Part shown: positions 16,892 to 25,811 of the stretch, piece by piece
How the letters are laid out: every line of letters begins with the position of its first letter
How positions within the stretch are numbered: the stretch's first letter is position 1
DNA from: a virus
Taxonomy: Duplodnaviria > Heunggongvirae > Uroviricota > Caudoviricetes
Virus record (IMG/VR): IMGVR_UViG_3300012942_000032
Location: 122,282 to 156,730 of that record
Direction: 5' to 3' (one strand)
DNA: 34,449 nt
Notes under the pieces: model-generated
What the model was told of the DNA's origin: nothing
The model's input: only the letters and a program-made list of their open reading frames with translations
Databases searched by the model: none
Program-made: the position numbers and the translations under genes

Positions 16892-17955
16892 AGAGTTTAA
16901 CAGATTATTTGGCGGCGACAGGTAACGAGTTCGCCGCCATTGCAGAAGATGGTATTGCAGCAGGTGATGTATCAGGTTTCATTGACACAGGTTCATATTC
17001 ACTCAATGCTTTGATTTCTGGAAGCTTGTATGGTGGTATTGCTAGTGGTAAGGGACTAGGACTTGCGGCAGAGTCAAGCGTTGGTAAGACTTTCTTAGCT
17101 TTGGCAGCAGTTTATCAGTTCCTGAAGCTTAATCCCGATGGTTTGGTCATTATTTTTGAATCGGAATCTGCTATTTCAAAGAAGATGATGCAAGAACGTG
17201 GTCTAGATACTACCAGGATTGGTGTTGTTCCTGTAGTGACCTTGCAAGAATTCCGTAATCAGGCTATTAAGATCATTTCTAATTATGAGAAAGAAGATCC
17301 TAAGAAGCGCAAGAAGTTAATGTTTGTTCTTGACTCTTTAGGCATGCTTTCCACTGATAAGGAAATTACAGACGCAGAAGAGGGCAAGAATGTTAAGGAT
17401 ATGACTCGCGCTTCTCTTGTCAGATCTGCATTCCGTGTCATTACTTTGCGTCTTGGTCGTGCTGATATTCCGTTGATTATTACTAATCACGTCTATGCGA
17501 ATGTTACTTCATTTGTTGGTGGTAACGAAGTTTCAGGCGGCGGCGGCTTCAAATATGCTGCTTCTACTATTCTTACCATGACGAAAGCTCAGGATAAGGA
17601 TGGTGATACTGTTAGGGGCGCAATTGTGACCTGTACGACATACAAGTCACGTCTGACACAGGAAAAGCTGAAGGCAAAGACACGTATTTTGTATAAGGGT
17701 GGACTTGATCGTTATTATGGTCTTCTACCTATTGCAGAAGAAGCGGGTGTTGTACGTAAGGTTTCCACCAAATACGAATTCGTTGATGATGGTACCAAAG
17801 CATTTGAAAAATCTATCAATAATGATGGGGCTAAGTATTGGACCAAATCACGATTGGAAGCCGTTGAAGAATATGTGAAGGTGAAATTTACATATGATTC
17901 AAGTCAAGAAGGCGATGAAGAAGTAGAAGATAATGAAACTGAAGCAAACTCTTAA
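16888..17955 (+). CDS. uvsX: RecA-like recombinase UvsX
   Basis: IDTGSYSLNALISGSLYGG, AAESSVGKTF, VLDSLGML, ITNHVY, GGGGFKYAAS; ATGA overlap with the gp43 stop. Confidence 0.95.
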   Translation: MKSLTDYLAATGNEFAAIAEDGIAAGDVSGFIDTGSYSLNALISGSLYGGIASGKGLGLAAESSVGKTFLALAAVYQFLKLNPDGLVIIFESESAISKKMMQERGLDTTRIGVVPVVTLQEFRNQAIKIISNYEKEDPKKRKKLMFVLDSLGMLSTDKEITDAEEGKNVKDMTRASLVRSAFRVITLRLGRADIPLIITNHVYANVTSFVGGNEVSGGGGFKYAASTILTMTKAQDKDGDTVRGAIVTCTTYKSRLTQEKLKAKTRILYKGGLDRYYGLLPIAEEAGVVRKVSTKYEFVDDGTKAFEKSINNDGAKYWTKSRLEAVEEYVKVKFTYDSSQEGDEEVEDNETEANS

Positions 17956-17984
17956 TTGAGTTTGCTTCGCAATTTTGTTATAAT
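17941..17984 (+). promoter_or_regulatory. Sigma70-type promoter of the deazaguanine cluster, overlapped by an 11-bp inverted repeat
   Basis: TTGAGT (17956-17961), 17 nt, TGtTATAAT (-10 at 17979-17984); GAAGCAAACTC (17941-17951) / GAGTTTGCTTC (17958-17968). Confidence 0.7.
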
Positions 17985-18024
17985 ACCTCTATCCGTAATA
18001 AACCACTGAAGGATAAAAACAATA

Positions 18025-18690
18025 ATGAGTAAGACTGATCACAAGTTGGGCGCCGAAGTTAATCTTTATCTGTCTGAGCAAGGAGTTCAGACACCTATGA
18101 CAGAGCTTATTTTCGAGCCTGAAGATGAAAAGATTGATCAGATCAAAGATAAGATGACAGAAATTCTGACTATTCTGGGACTTGATCTTGATGACGATTC
18201 TTTAGCTGAAACTCCTCTCAGAGTAGCAAAGATGTTTGTGAAGGAACTTTATTGGGGTCTAAGCCCTGACAGGTTCCCTAAGTGTACGACCGTAGCCAAT
18301 AAGATGGGTTACGATGAAATGGTTCTTGAGAAGAACATTAAGGTGATGTCAGATTGCGAACATCATCTTAGAACCATTGTAGGTAAGGCGCATGTTGCTT
18401 ACATTCCTAAGAACAAGGTTTTGGGTCTAAGTAAGTTGAATAGAATTGTAGATTATTTCTCACGTCGCCCTCAAATCCAAGAGCGTCTTGCAGAACAGAT
18501 CTATCATGCACTTGTCTATATTCTTGGAACTGATAATGTTGCTGTGATCATTGATGCAGAGCATTTCTGTGTCAAGCAACGTGGTATTCAAGACGTTGGT
18601 AGTTCAACTGTAACGAGCAAGTTAGGTGGAGTCTTTAAGAAAGATCCTTCTACTCGTGCAGAATTTATGAATTTAGTGAAGCAGGTTTGA
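18025..18690 (+). CDS. folE: GTP cyclohydrolase I
   Basis: ETPLRVAKMF, CEHH, HVAYIP, GLSKLNRIV, RPQIQERL, HFCVKQRG. Confidence 0.97.
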   Translation: MSKTDHKLGAEVNLYLSEQGVQTPMTELIFEPEDEKIDQIKDKMTEILTILGLDLDDDSLAETPLRVAKMFVKELYWGLSPDRFPKCTTVANKMGYDEMVLEKNIKVMSDCEHHLRTIVGKAHVAYIPKNKVLGLSKLNRIVDYFSRRPQIQERLAEQIYHALVYILGTDNVAVIIDAEHFCVKQRGIQDVGSSTVTSKLGGVFKKDPSTRAEFMNLVKQV

Positions 18691-18691
18691 T

Positions 18692-19165
18692 ATGAAGCGT
18701 GAGTACTCTACGGGTACTCATGACAAGAATCCAGACTTTTTCATAGGCAAGGAAGTAGAACATACACTTGCCTATGAAAAACTGACCTTATTTTGTCATG
18801 GTGAACTTACCCTTGATCAAATTCTAGAAAAACTAGAAGATTATGATTCGATTGATCACATTTATTTGAATCATAATCATACCCCTTTGAAAGACCGTAA
18901 TAATAAGATCTACAGTTTATTAGATCTTGGTTATTATGTTACCTACGAAATTTGTGTAGGTACAAATCGTCTATATCTAGAGCATGATAGATTGATTCAT
19001 CTATACTCGTTGGTAGTCCCCAAAGCGAATTGGAAGAATCTCTATATCAAGATTGATGATGAAGATTTTGATGATACAAATCCAGGCGTATGGACATTTT
19101 ACGCTCCACAATTAAAAGATCACTTTACGCCATGGTCGGCGTACCAGGATGACGAAATTCTATGA
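18692..19165 (+). CDS. Hypothetical protein embedded in the deazaguanine cluster
   Basis: Translationally coupled on both sides; motifs FFIGKEVEHT, HIYL, KIDDEDFDDTNPGVW, FTPWSAY; function not recognised. Confidence 0.7.
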   Translation: MKREYSTGTHDKNPDFFIGKEVEHTLAYEKLTLFCHGELTLDQILEKLEDYDSIDHIYLNHNHTPLKDRNNKIYSLLDLGYYVTYEICVGTNRLYLEHDRLIHLYSLVVPKANWKNLYIKIDDEDFDDTNPGVWTFYAPQLKDHFTPWSAYQDDEIL

Positions 19166-20430
19166 GTAATTGGGATTATGTGATGTCGGGGATGGCATAT
19201 ACCATCTTCAGACGTCAAACTTTTGAAGATCAAGTTTTAGTTGAAAAACTTAGATCTATGATGACCAAAATGAATTCGTTTTTGCCTGGTCATAATATGT
19301 GTGTTCTTTTCAATGGATATCAAGAAAAGAACCTTGGAGAGATGCTTCACAAGATCTTTGACAATACTACAGAATATTATGTAGATTCTGGTGGTCTGCA
19401 GATGGTGACTTTAGGTATTGATATTACTCAGGCTCAAAAGAGAGAGATTTATCAAACTCAAGGCACAATGGGTAATTTCTGTATGTCGTTTGACGAAATT
19501 CCAGTCAAGCTTTTATCAGAAAGATCTACATTCCATGATACAAGTTCTCGTCTTTTTGACGTGGAAAGATTTGATGAATGTGCTAGACTCTCAGGGCAGA
19601 ATCTAAAAGACCAAATTCTTTACTTTAAAGAAATGGGTTCTGATGCAAAGCCGTTTCTGATTGTCCAAGGTAATGATTTTTCATATTACCAGAGATGGAC
19701 TGACCTTGTATTAGAAGAAGTTGGTCATGAACTATGGGATCATATCGGAGGTCTTTCTGTAGGTGCTGCTGCACTAGGTCAAGGAGAATTCCAAGATTAC
19801 AAGAGAGCATTCTTTGCTTCTGCGTTAGAAATGCCATCACATATTAAAGAGCATATCCATTTACTTGGTGTAGGTGCTGTAAAGCGTCTGGCTCCTATGG
19901 TTGCCCTGAAGCACGGTGGACATTTTAATGGAGCAAAGATCTCTTATGATTCGACTACTCATACTTCAGGTCTGAGCATGATGCAATATCAGATGGGAAA
20001 CAGACTTTCTACCTTCAAGTATGGAATGCTCAAAGAGTTTCCGGTAGTGTCTGATGATATCTGCGCATTTGCAAGAAACACTTTTGATGTTGAGCTTGAC
20101 CCGGAATACCTAAAGAGCACATACTTAGACAACAGGGAAACCTACTTTAGCAAATACACCGAAAATCGAGAAGCTGATTTTCAAATTGCAAAGTTCTGTA
20201 CTCTTTTCGCTTCTGTAAAGAACTTTATGGTTGCACTTGATCATATTGATAGGAATTTTGAAGGTCTTTACGATGTTGTAGGTCACAAGAATTACGGTCG
20301 TGCTTTATCCTTTTCTAAGATCAAAGATGAGCAAGATTTTAATGAGTGGTGCAAATACAACGAAAACGGATTGAGAAGTAAAGGTGTAACTTCTTCACAA
20401 AATGTAACAAGTCTAGAGGATTTATTTTGA
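19162..20430 (+). CDS. dpdA: TGT-family guanine transglycosylase (DpdA-like, DNA 7-deazaguanine insertion)
   Basis: TGT motifs in order: VDSGGLQ, SFDEIP, IVQG, IGGLSVG, HLLGVG, YDSTT; lies between folE and queE. Confidence 0.82.
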   Translation: MSNWDYVMSGMAYTIFRRQTFEDQVLVEKLRSMMTKMNSFLPGHNMCVLFNGYQEKNLGEMLHKIFDNTTEYYVDSGGLQMVTLGIDITQAQKREIYQTQGTMGNFCMSFDEIPVKLLSERSTFHDTSSRLFDVERFDECARLSGQNLKDQILYFKEMGSDAKPFLIVQGNDFSYYQRWTDLVLEEVGHELWDHIGGLSVGAAALGQGEFQDYKRAFFASALEMPSHIKEHIHLLGVGAVKRLAPMVALKHGGHFNGAKISYDSTTHTSGLSMMQYQMGNRLSTFKYGMLKEFPVVSDDICAFARNTFDVELDPEYLKSTYLDNRETYFSKYTENREADFQIAKFCTLFASVKNFMVALDHIDRNFEGLYDVVGHKNYGRALSFSKIKDEQDFNEWCKYNENGLRSKGVTSSQNVTSLEDLF

Positions 20431-20777
20431 TGGCAAAGCAAACGTTTATTCAGGTCAAATTTCAGAAGGAAGGCATTCACAAGTATCCTGATGCTCCTGA
20501 TGAAGTAGCTTTTCTTCGATATCCGCATCGTCATATGTTTCATTTTACTGTGACAGTAGAAGTTTTTCATGATGATCGTGACATTGAATTCATTCTATTG
20601 AAGCGTGAATTGGAAAGCCTTTACGATACCGGAGTTCTTGAACTAGATTATCTGTCGTGTGAAATGATTGCAGATGATCTTTATGAATACATTGAAAATG
20701 CTTATCCAGGTCGTCGCACTAAGATTGAAGTATTTGAGGATGGAGAAAATGGAGCAGTTTGCCTCTATGGTTTCTAA
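20430..20777 (+). CDS. T-fold QueD-like protein with LxxxHRHxF motif (DpdL-like)
   Basis: LRYPHRHMF in place of canonical QueD CxxxHGH; SCEMIA and EDGENGA match T-fold C-terminal motifs. Confidence 0.75.
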   Translation: MAKQTFIQVKFQKEGIHKYPDAPDEVAFLRYPHRHMFHFTVTVEVFHDDRDIEFILLKRELESLYDTGVLELDYLSCEMIADDLYEYIENAYPGRRTKIEVFEDGENGAVCLYGF

Positions 20778-21795
20778 GAGAGCAATCCATCTAGTTCAAT
20801 TAGAATCGATCGAGACCCGCTACACTAAACAGTGGCGGTATCATCTTCCTGATCTAATGAGCAACAATGGATTCTATGTCTTTGAGTATTATGGCGCTGA
20901 ACTAGATCCAGTAGCATCGCCAGGTGCGTTTCTTAATTGGTCTTCTACAAACTATTTCAAGTCATCCCAAGGCATGAAAATTGCTAAGGCATTTGATAAT
21001 GGAAGAGTTCATCCTGGCGATGTTTTCTTGTTCACGGACTTCTGGAATCCGGTTGTCATCATGGTCAAGTATATGTCTGTAATGATGAATATTCCTGTTA
21101 AGATCATAGGTCTTGCGCACGCAGGATCATATGATGAATGGGATTGGTTAGGTAGACAGACTAGAAATAATGATCATTGGGTGAAGACTACAGAAGGTGC
21201 AATGACTTCATGCTATGATGCGGTTGTTTTTGCTACTCATTTTCATAGGGAAATGTTCCAAGTAATTGCTAATGAGTATGGTGGTATTACTGATGAAGTG
21301 ATTGCTGGTTTTCCTATGGAGTATATTAAGGGAATTGCAAAACCTTCATATGAAAAACAAAATATGGTACTTTTCACTCAAAGGAATGCACCTGAGAAGC
21401 AGCCTTGGTTGTTTGATAAGCTTGCAAGAGATCTGAAAGATACTGGTATTACCTTTGTTAATGTGCAAGATCTGAAATGTTCTAAGGAACAGTATCATGA
21501 GTTTTTGAATTCTGCAAAGCTTGTGGTGTCATTTGCTCAACAAGAGACATTAGGTATTACACCTTATGAAGCTTTAGTCTGCGGTTGTGATATTCTAGTG
21601 CCAAACAGATTGTCCTACAGGGAAATGTATTCTCCTGATTTTAGATACAATCACGATGAAGAAGTTGCAGAGCTAGTACTCGAGAAGCTACAATATTTTG
21701 ATAGTTCGAGAGAGAAAATTCAAGCAGAAGCAGATAGAGTAGGTTCTATCTTTTTCAGTTCTGAAAAATTAATCAATCTATTAAAGAGTATTTGA
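20767..21795 (+). CDS. GT-B fold glycosyltransferase (GT4-like)
   Basis: HAGSYD, RNAPEKQPWLF, donor-binding QQETLGITPYEALVCG; likely start ATG 20767. Confidence 0.85.
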   Translation: MVSKRAIHLVQLESIETRYTKQWRYHLPDLMSNNGFYVFEYYGAELDPVASPGAFLNWSSTNYFKSSQGMKIAKAFDNGRVHPGDVFLFTDFWNPVVIMVKYMSVMMNIPVKIIGLAHAGSYDEWDWLGRQTRNNDHWVKTTEGAMTSCYDAVVFATHFHREMFQVIANEYGGITDEVIAGFPMEYIKGIAKPSYEKQNMVLFTQRNAPEKQPWLFDKLARDLKDTGITFVNVQDLKCSKEQYHEFLNSAKLVVSFAQQETLGITPYEALVCGCDILVPNRLSYREMYSPDFRYNHDEEVAELVLEKLQYFDSSREKIQAEADRVGSIFFSSEKLINLLKSI

Positions 21796-22691
21796 TGAAG
21801 ATTAGAACGAGTGAAGTTTTTAGATCTTTTCAAGGAGAAGGTCTAAGAACTGGTAAGCTAACAATTTGGGCGCGGTTGATGGGTTGCACCTTGAATTGTG
21901 ATGGTTTTGGGCAGAAAGATCCCACAGATTCTTCCTCCTATATCCTGCCTTATAAAGAGTTTGATGTTAGCACTGTAAAGAAGATGGAAGATCTTCCTGT
22001 ATTCCAGTATGGATGTGATTCATCATATTCTTGGAGTGCAAGATATAAGCATCTAGCAATTGATTATACTGAAGAATCTCTTGCAGAGAAGATCAAGAGT
22101 TTGCTACCTGATGGCAATTGGGAGCATTCAAAGACAGGCAATGAAATTGATCTGTGTTTCACTGGCGGCGAGCCTATGATGCAACAGAAGGCAATTGTTG
22201 CGACTGCAAAGAAAGTAGGTGCTCTTGATGGTCTTTATTCTGGTCCTGGTACAATACAGTTTGAGTCGAATGCAACGGTTCCTTTAACAGATGAATTCAT
22301 TAGGTTTGCTGAAGAATTCCATCAACAGGAAAAGAGGCTTTGTTTCAATGTATCGCCAAAGCTATTCACAGTTTCAGGTGAACAACCTAAGAAAGCGATG
22401 AAACCTGATGTCATTGCAAGCTATTTTGCTTTGACTGATCATTATGGATGCTTGAAGTTCGTTGTCGATGGTACTCAACGCTGTTGGGACGAGCTTGATG
22501 CAATTGTTGAAGAACTCAGAAATAAGTGGTATCTAAATGTCCCTATCTACATTATGCCAGTTGGCGCAACGCTTGAAGCTCAAGGCAACTCTGATGTTAT
22601 ACCAGGTATCGTCGATGCCGCCATTGATCGTGGATACCATATCTCTGCTCGTGTGCATGTCTACATCTTTGGTAATAGGCTAGGTACCTGA
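21792..22691 (+). CDS. queE: 7-carboxy-7-deazaguanine synthase (radical SAM)
   Basis: SEVFRSFQGEG, RLMGCTLNC...GCDSSYSW, FTGGEP, VSPK, RVHVYIFGN. Confidence 0.92.
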   Translation: MMKIRTSEVFRSFQGEGLRTGKLTIWARLMGCTLNCDGFGQKDPTDSSSYILPYKEFDVSTVKKMEDLPVFQYGCDSSYSWSARYKHLAIDYTEESLAEKIKSLLPDGNWEHSKTGNEIDLCFTGGEPMMQQKAIVATAKKVGALDGLYSGPGTIQFESNATVPLTDEFIRFAEEFHQQEKRLCFNVSPKLFTVSGEQPKKAMKPDVIASYFALTDHYGCLKFVVDGTQRCWDELDAIVEELRNKWYLNVPIYIMPVGATLEAQGNSDVIPGIVDAAIDRGYHISARVHVYIFGNRLGT

Positions 22692-22693
22692 GG

Positions 22694-23074
22694 ATGTTGA
22701 ATCTTGAAAATGTTATTTGGAATCCTGGTGATTGTCCTCTTGATTCTGAGCGCAAAATCGTTATTGATTTCAAAGCTTGGAAACGAATGGAAGACTCGAT
22801 AAGTGAAGGGAATAATTCTCCTGTATTGACATTCAAGCAATCGTATGATTCTTGGATGGTGAATAATTTTAAGGAGGATTTCTGTATCACATTCATTAAG
22901 AAGAATGGTGAAGAAAGAACTCTTTTAATCACCCACGATGTTCCAGAAGATAAGAAACCTAAAGGAATCAAACCTTCGAAAGAGAATGATGAAATTCTAA
23001 GAGTTTTCGTGAAAGATCTTCAAGAATGGAGATCTATTAGGTATGATTCTATTTTGACATTGAGGTCTGTATGA
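22694..23074 (+). CDS. Protein with C-terminal WYL-like/SH3 beta-barrel domain
   Basis: ITFIKKNGEERTLLIT...VFVKDLQEWRSIRYDSI. Confidence 0.65.
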   Translation: MLNLENVIWNPGDCPLDSERKIVIDFKAWKRMEDSISEGNNSPVLTFKQSYDSWMVNNFKEDFCITFIKKNGEERTLLITHDVPEDKKPKGIKPSKENDEILRVFVKDLQEWRSIRYDSILTLRSV

Positions 23075-23358
23075 AGAAATTCAATTATACCATTATTGCG
23101 GCACAAGAAGATGAAGAGTATGGTGCTGCTGTCGCAGTAAAGACTACAGATTATCCAGATCTAATTTTCTCCTTTGCTAAAATTCATCCAGGAAAAGATG
23201 AATCTGGAAATTCATTCATTGATTATGAAGGATCTATTCTAGGCAAAAATGATCTAAATGATGATCTAAATGAATACATGAATGAACTTTTTATGTGCCT
23301 TCTCACAGAGAATACGGATCTGAATATTGAAGACTTGTTCCCAGCAGACCAAGTATAA
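23071..23358 (+). CDS. Hypothetical protein (position of T4 gp40-like genes, just upstream of gp41)
   Basis: Coupled ORF, acidic; homology not established. Confidence 0.5.
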   Translation: MKKFNYTIIAAQEDEEYGAAVAVKTTDYPDLIFSFAKIHPGKDESGNSFIDYEGSILGKNDLNDDLNEYMNELFMCLLTENTDLNIEDLFPADQV

Positions 23359-23382
23359 TAAACCCTTGGACTGGGAGTAGGC

Positions 23383-24765
23383 ATGATTTCAAATGAAAGA
23401 TTAATTTTGTCATCGCTTGTGAAAAATGAGCGATATATGAGAGCTGTTTTTCCTTTTTTGCGTTCTGAATTTTTTAGGGATTCAGCAGAAAAGAGAGTCT
23501 TTGAATTAGTTGGCGATTACCTAAGCAAGTACAATTCGTGTCCTAATAAATCATCGTTATCTATTTTGGTAACGAATGATATGTCTTTGAATGAAAAGCA
23601 GACAACAGAAGCTGCTGATATTGTGGAAGATATTTTTGATATCATTCCACCTTCAAACGAAGAATTTTTGATTACCACCACAGAAGAATGGTGCCAGAAT
23701 CAAGCTGTTCATAATGCAATTGATACTGCAATTAGCATCTATCAAGGTGAGAATGATAAGTTATCAGTTAATGTAATTCCAGATCTACTTAAAGAAGCTA
23801 TTGGAATGAGCTTCGATGTTAAGGTAGGCATGGATTTTGACGATGATGCTTTGATTAGATGGGAATTTTATACTACACCAGAAAATAAGATTCCTTTTGA
23901 TATTGATGTTCTAAATGAAGTAACATGCGGCGGCGTAACTCGAAAGACATTGAACGTTCTGACAGCTGGTGTGAACGTTGGTAAGACAATGTCTTTGATC
24001 CATCTTGCGGCAGCCTATAAGAAATTAGGTTTGAATGTTCTTTACTTCTCGTTGGAAATGCGAGAAGAAATGATCATGCAAAGAATGGATGCAAACATTC
24101 TGAAGATCGCAGTTAACGATATTGTTTCTCTGGGACAAGAGCGTTATATCAATAGAATTGAGACACTCAAGCTAAAGACTCATGGAAAGCTGAAGGTCAA
24201 AGAGTTTCCACCTGGTACTGCATCTGCTGCACATTTTAGACACACGATCAATGAACTCAGATTAAAACAGAACTTTGTACCTGATGTCATTATTATTGAT
24301 TACTTGACGATTTGCGCATCTAGCAGAATGAAGTATGGTGTTCAGGGTTCTTACTTCTATTACAAAGCGGTCGCAGAAGAACTTCGTGCGCTTGCTGTAG
24401 AAACGAATACTGTGATGTGGACTGCTGCACAGTTCAATCGTGGTGGTATGGCAGCAACAGAAGTGGGCATGGAAGACCTGGCAGAATCTGTTGGTATTGC
24501 TCAGACAGTTGATGGCATGTGGGCAATTATTAGAACAGATGAGCTTGATCAGGTAGGTCAGTTGATGGTCAAGCAACTGAAATCTAGATATGCAAACAAG
24601 GCAGTAAAAACTAGGTTCACGATCGGCGTTGATATTGATAAGCAAACATTATTTGACGTGACACAATCGCAACAAACCGATATAATACAACCTGAGCAAT
24701 TAAGAGCACCCAGTCAATCTGAATTGAAAAACAGATTTATGGGCATGAAGATGGACGAGGATTAA
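23383..24765 (+). CDS. gp41: Replicative helicase gp41 (DnaB-like)
   Basis: AGVNVGKT, YFSLEM, IKEFPPG-like KVKEFPPG, IIIDYL, AVAEELRALA, TAAQFNR, AESVG, KQLKSRY. Confidence 0.96.
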   Translation: MISNERLILSSLVKNERYMRAVFPFLRSEFFRDSAEKRVFELVGDYLSKYNSCPNKSSLSILVTNDMSLNEKQTTEAADIVEDIFDIIPPSNEEFLITTTEEWCQNQAVHNAIDTAISIYQGENDKLSVNVIPDLLKEAIGMSFDVKVGMDFDDDALIRWEFYTTPENKIPFDIDVLNEVTCGGVTRKTLNVLTAGVNVGKTMSLIHLAAAYKKLGLNVLYFSLEMREEMIMQRMDANILKIAVNDIVSLGQERYINRIETLKLKTHGKLKVKEFPPGTASAAHFRHTINELRLKQNFVPDVIIIDYLTICASSRMKYGVQGSYFYYKAVAEELRALAVETNTVMWTAAQFNRGGMAATEVGMEDLAESVGIAQTVDGMWAIIRTDELDQVGQLMVKQLKSRYANKAVKTRFTIGVDIDKQTLFDVTQSQQTDIIQPEQLRAPSQSELKNRFMGMKMDED

Positions 24766-24767
24766 TT

Positions 24768-25811
24768 ATGGGCGGTAATGCAGTTATCAATGGATACTCG
24801 GCTCAACCTATTCCTAATATTAGAAAGGTTACTGAACCACTCTTACGTGATCTGAAGTGGTTGCTTGCACAATTTGGAGATCATCAATTCCATCTGCATC
24901 CTTCGGGTAGCACAGAATATCTATTCAATGAATTCTTGCAAGAGTATTCAGAAGATGGATGGGGTTCTTGTAAGGAAACATTCGGCGATCTAGATTTCAT
25001 GTTTGACAAAGAAGATTATGATAGGTTCTACAATCTTCTTAAGAATACTTTAGAACTAAGAGATGGTATCGTAGGTAACGGTTTTATCCTTTTAGGTATT
25101 CAGAAAACGGATCAGATCATTACTATCTGGATGTGGAATAATAGAGTAATTCAGATTGATTTTGAACCTGCGGAGTTTGTTGGTGGTTCCCCTACAGAAT
25201 GGGCCTTGTTTTCTCACAATTCAGCATCAGATGATATTGAAAGAGGTGTGAAGGGTGTATTCCATAAGCATCTTTTAAGGGCACTGAATGCGCCTGATGT
25301 TAAAGATGTTCTGATTAAGAATTCTAAAGGTTTCAAAGAAACGAAATCAGCAGAATATGCCATGTCGGTGACAGGATTAAGGCGAAAATTGTTTCCTGTT
25401 ATGGTTCAATCAAAGCATAAGAACAAAGAACATTTGATGGTAGATGGTAAGCTTGTCTATCATGAAGTTAACGGCAAGAATTGGGTAACTGATCTAGGTA
25501 TTATCTTTTCCTTCTATTTTGGGAAAGATAAAACTCATACTGTCAATCCAAACAGAATGTGGTCTTTTGTTTCTCTTCTTGAAATGTTGAAGGAAACGAA
25601 GGGTGCATATGATCGACAATTGATTGCGAATGGATTTGTGAATACTCTATGGGGCAAAGGTGCACAGAAGCTCTATAGAAATAATGACAAGAAAGATGAA
25701 AAAGAGAAACGAATTGCTCTTAAGATTCTGACTGATATCTTTGAAATTCCTTATACAACATGGGACCATATTGCAGATGACTACTATGGACGGGAAACGT
25801 CGGAACATTAA
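24768..25811 (+). CDS. Pol-beta-superfamily nucleotidyltransferase-like protein
   Basis: MGGNA start, PSGS...FGDLDF (GS-x-DxD) and third acidic residue in IQIDF; KGVFHK. Confidence 0.65.
   Translation: MGGNAVINGYSAQPIPNIRKVTEPLLRDLKWLLAQFGDHQFHLHPSGSTEYLFNEFLQEYSEDGWGSCKETFGDLDFMFDKEDYDRFYNLLKNTLELRDGIVGNGFILLGIQKTDQIITIWMWNNRVIQIDFEPAEFVGGSPTEWALFSHNSASDDIERGVKGVFHKHLLRALNAPDVKDVLIKNSKGFKETKSAEYAMSVTGLRRKLFPVMVQSKHKNKEHLMVDGKLVYHEVNGKNWVTDLGIIFSFYFGKDKTHTVNPNRMWSFVSLLEMLKETKGAYDRQLIANGFVNTLWGKGAQKLYRNNDKKDEKEKRIALKILTDIFEIPYTTWDHIADDYYGRETSEH

Noticed and set aside
23327-23359. TATAAT before gp41 as a sigma70 promoter
   Set aside because: No acceptable -35 at 16-18 nt spacing and no extended -10.
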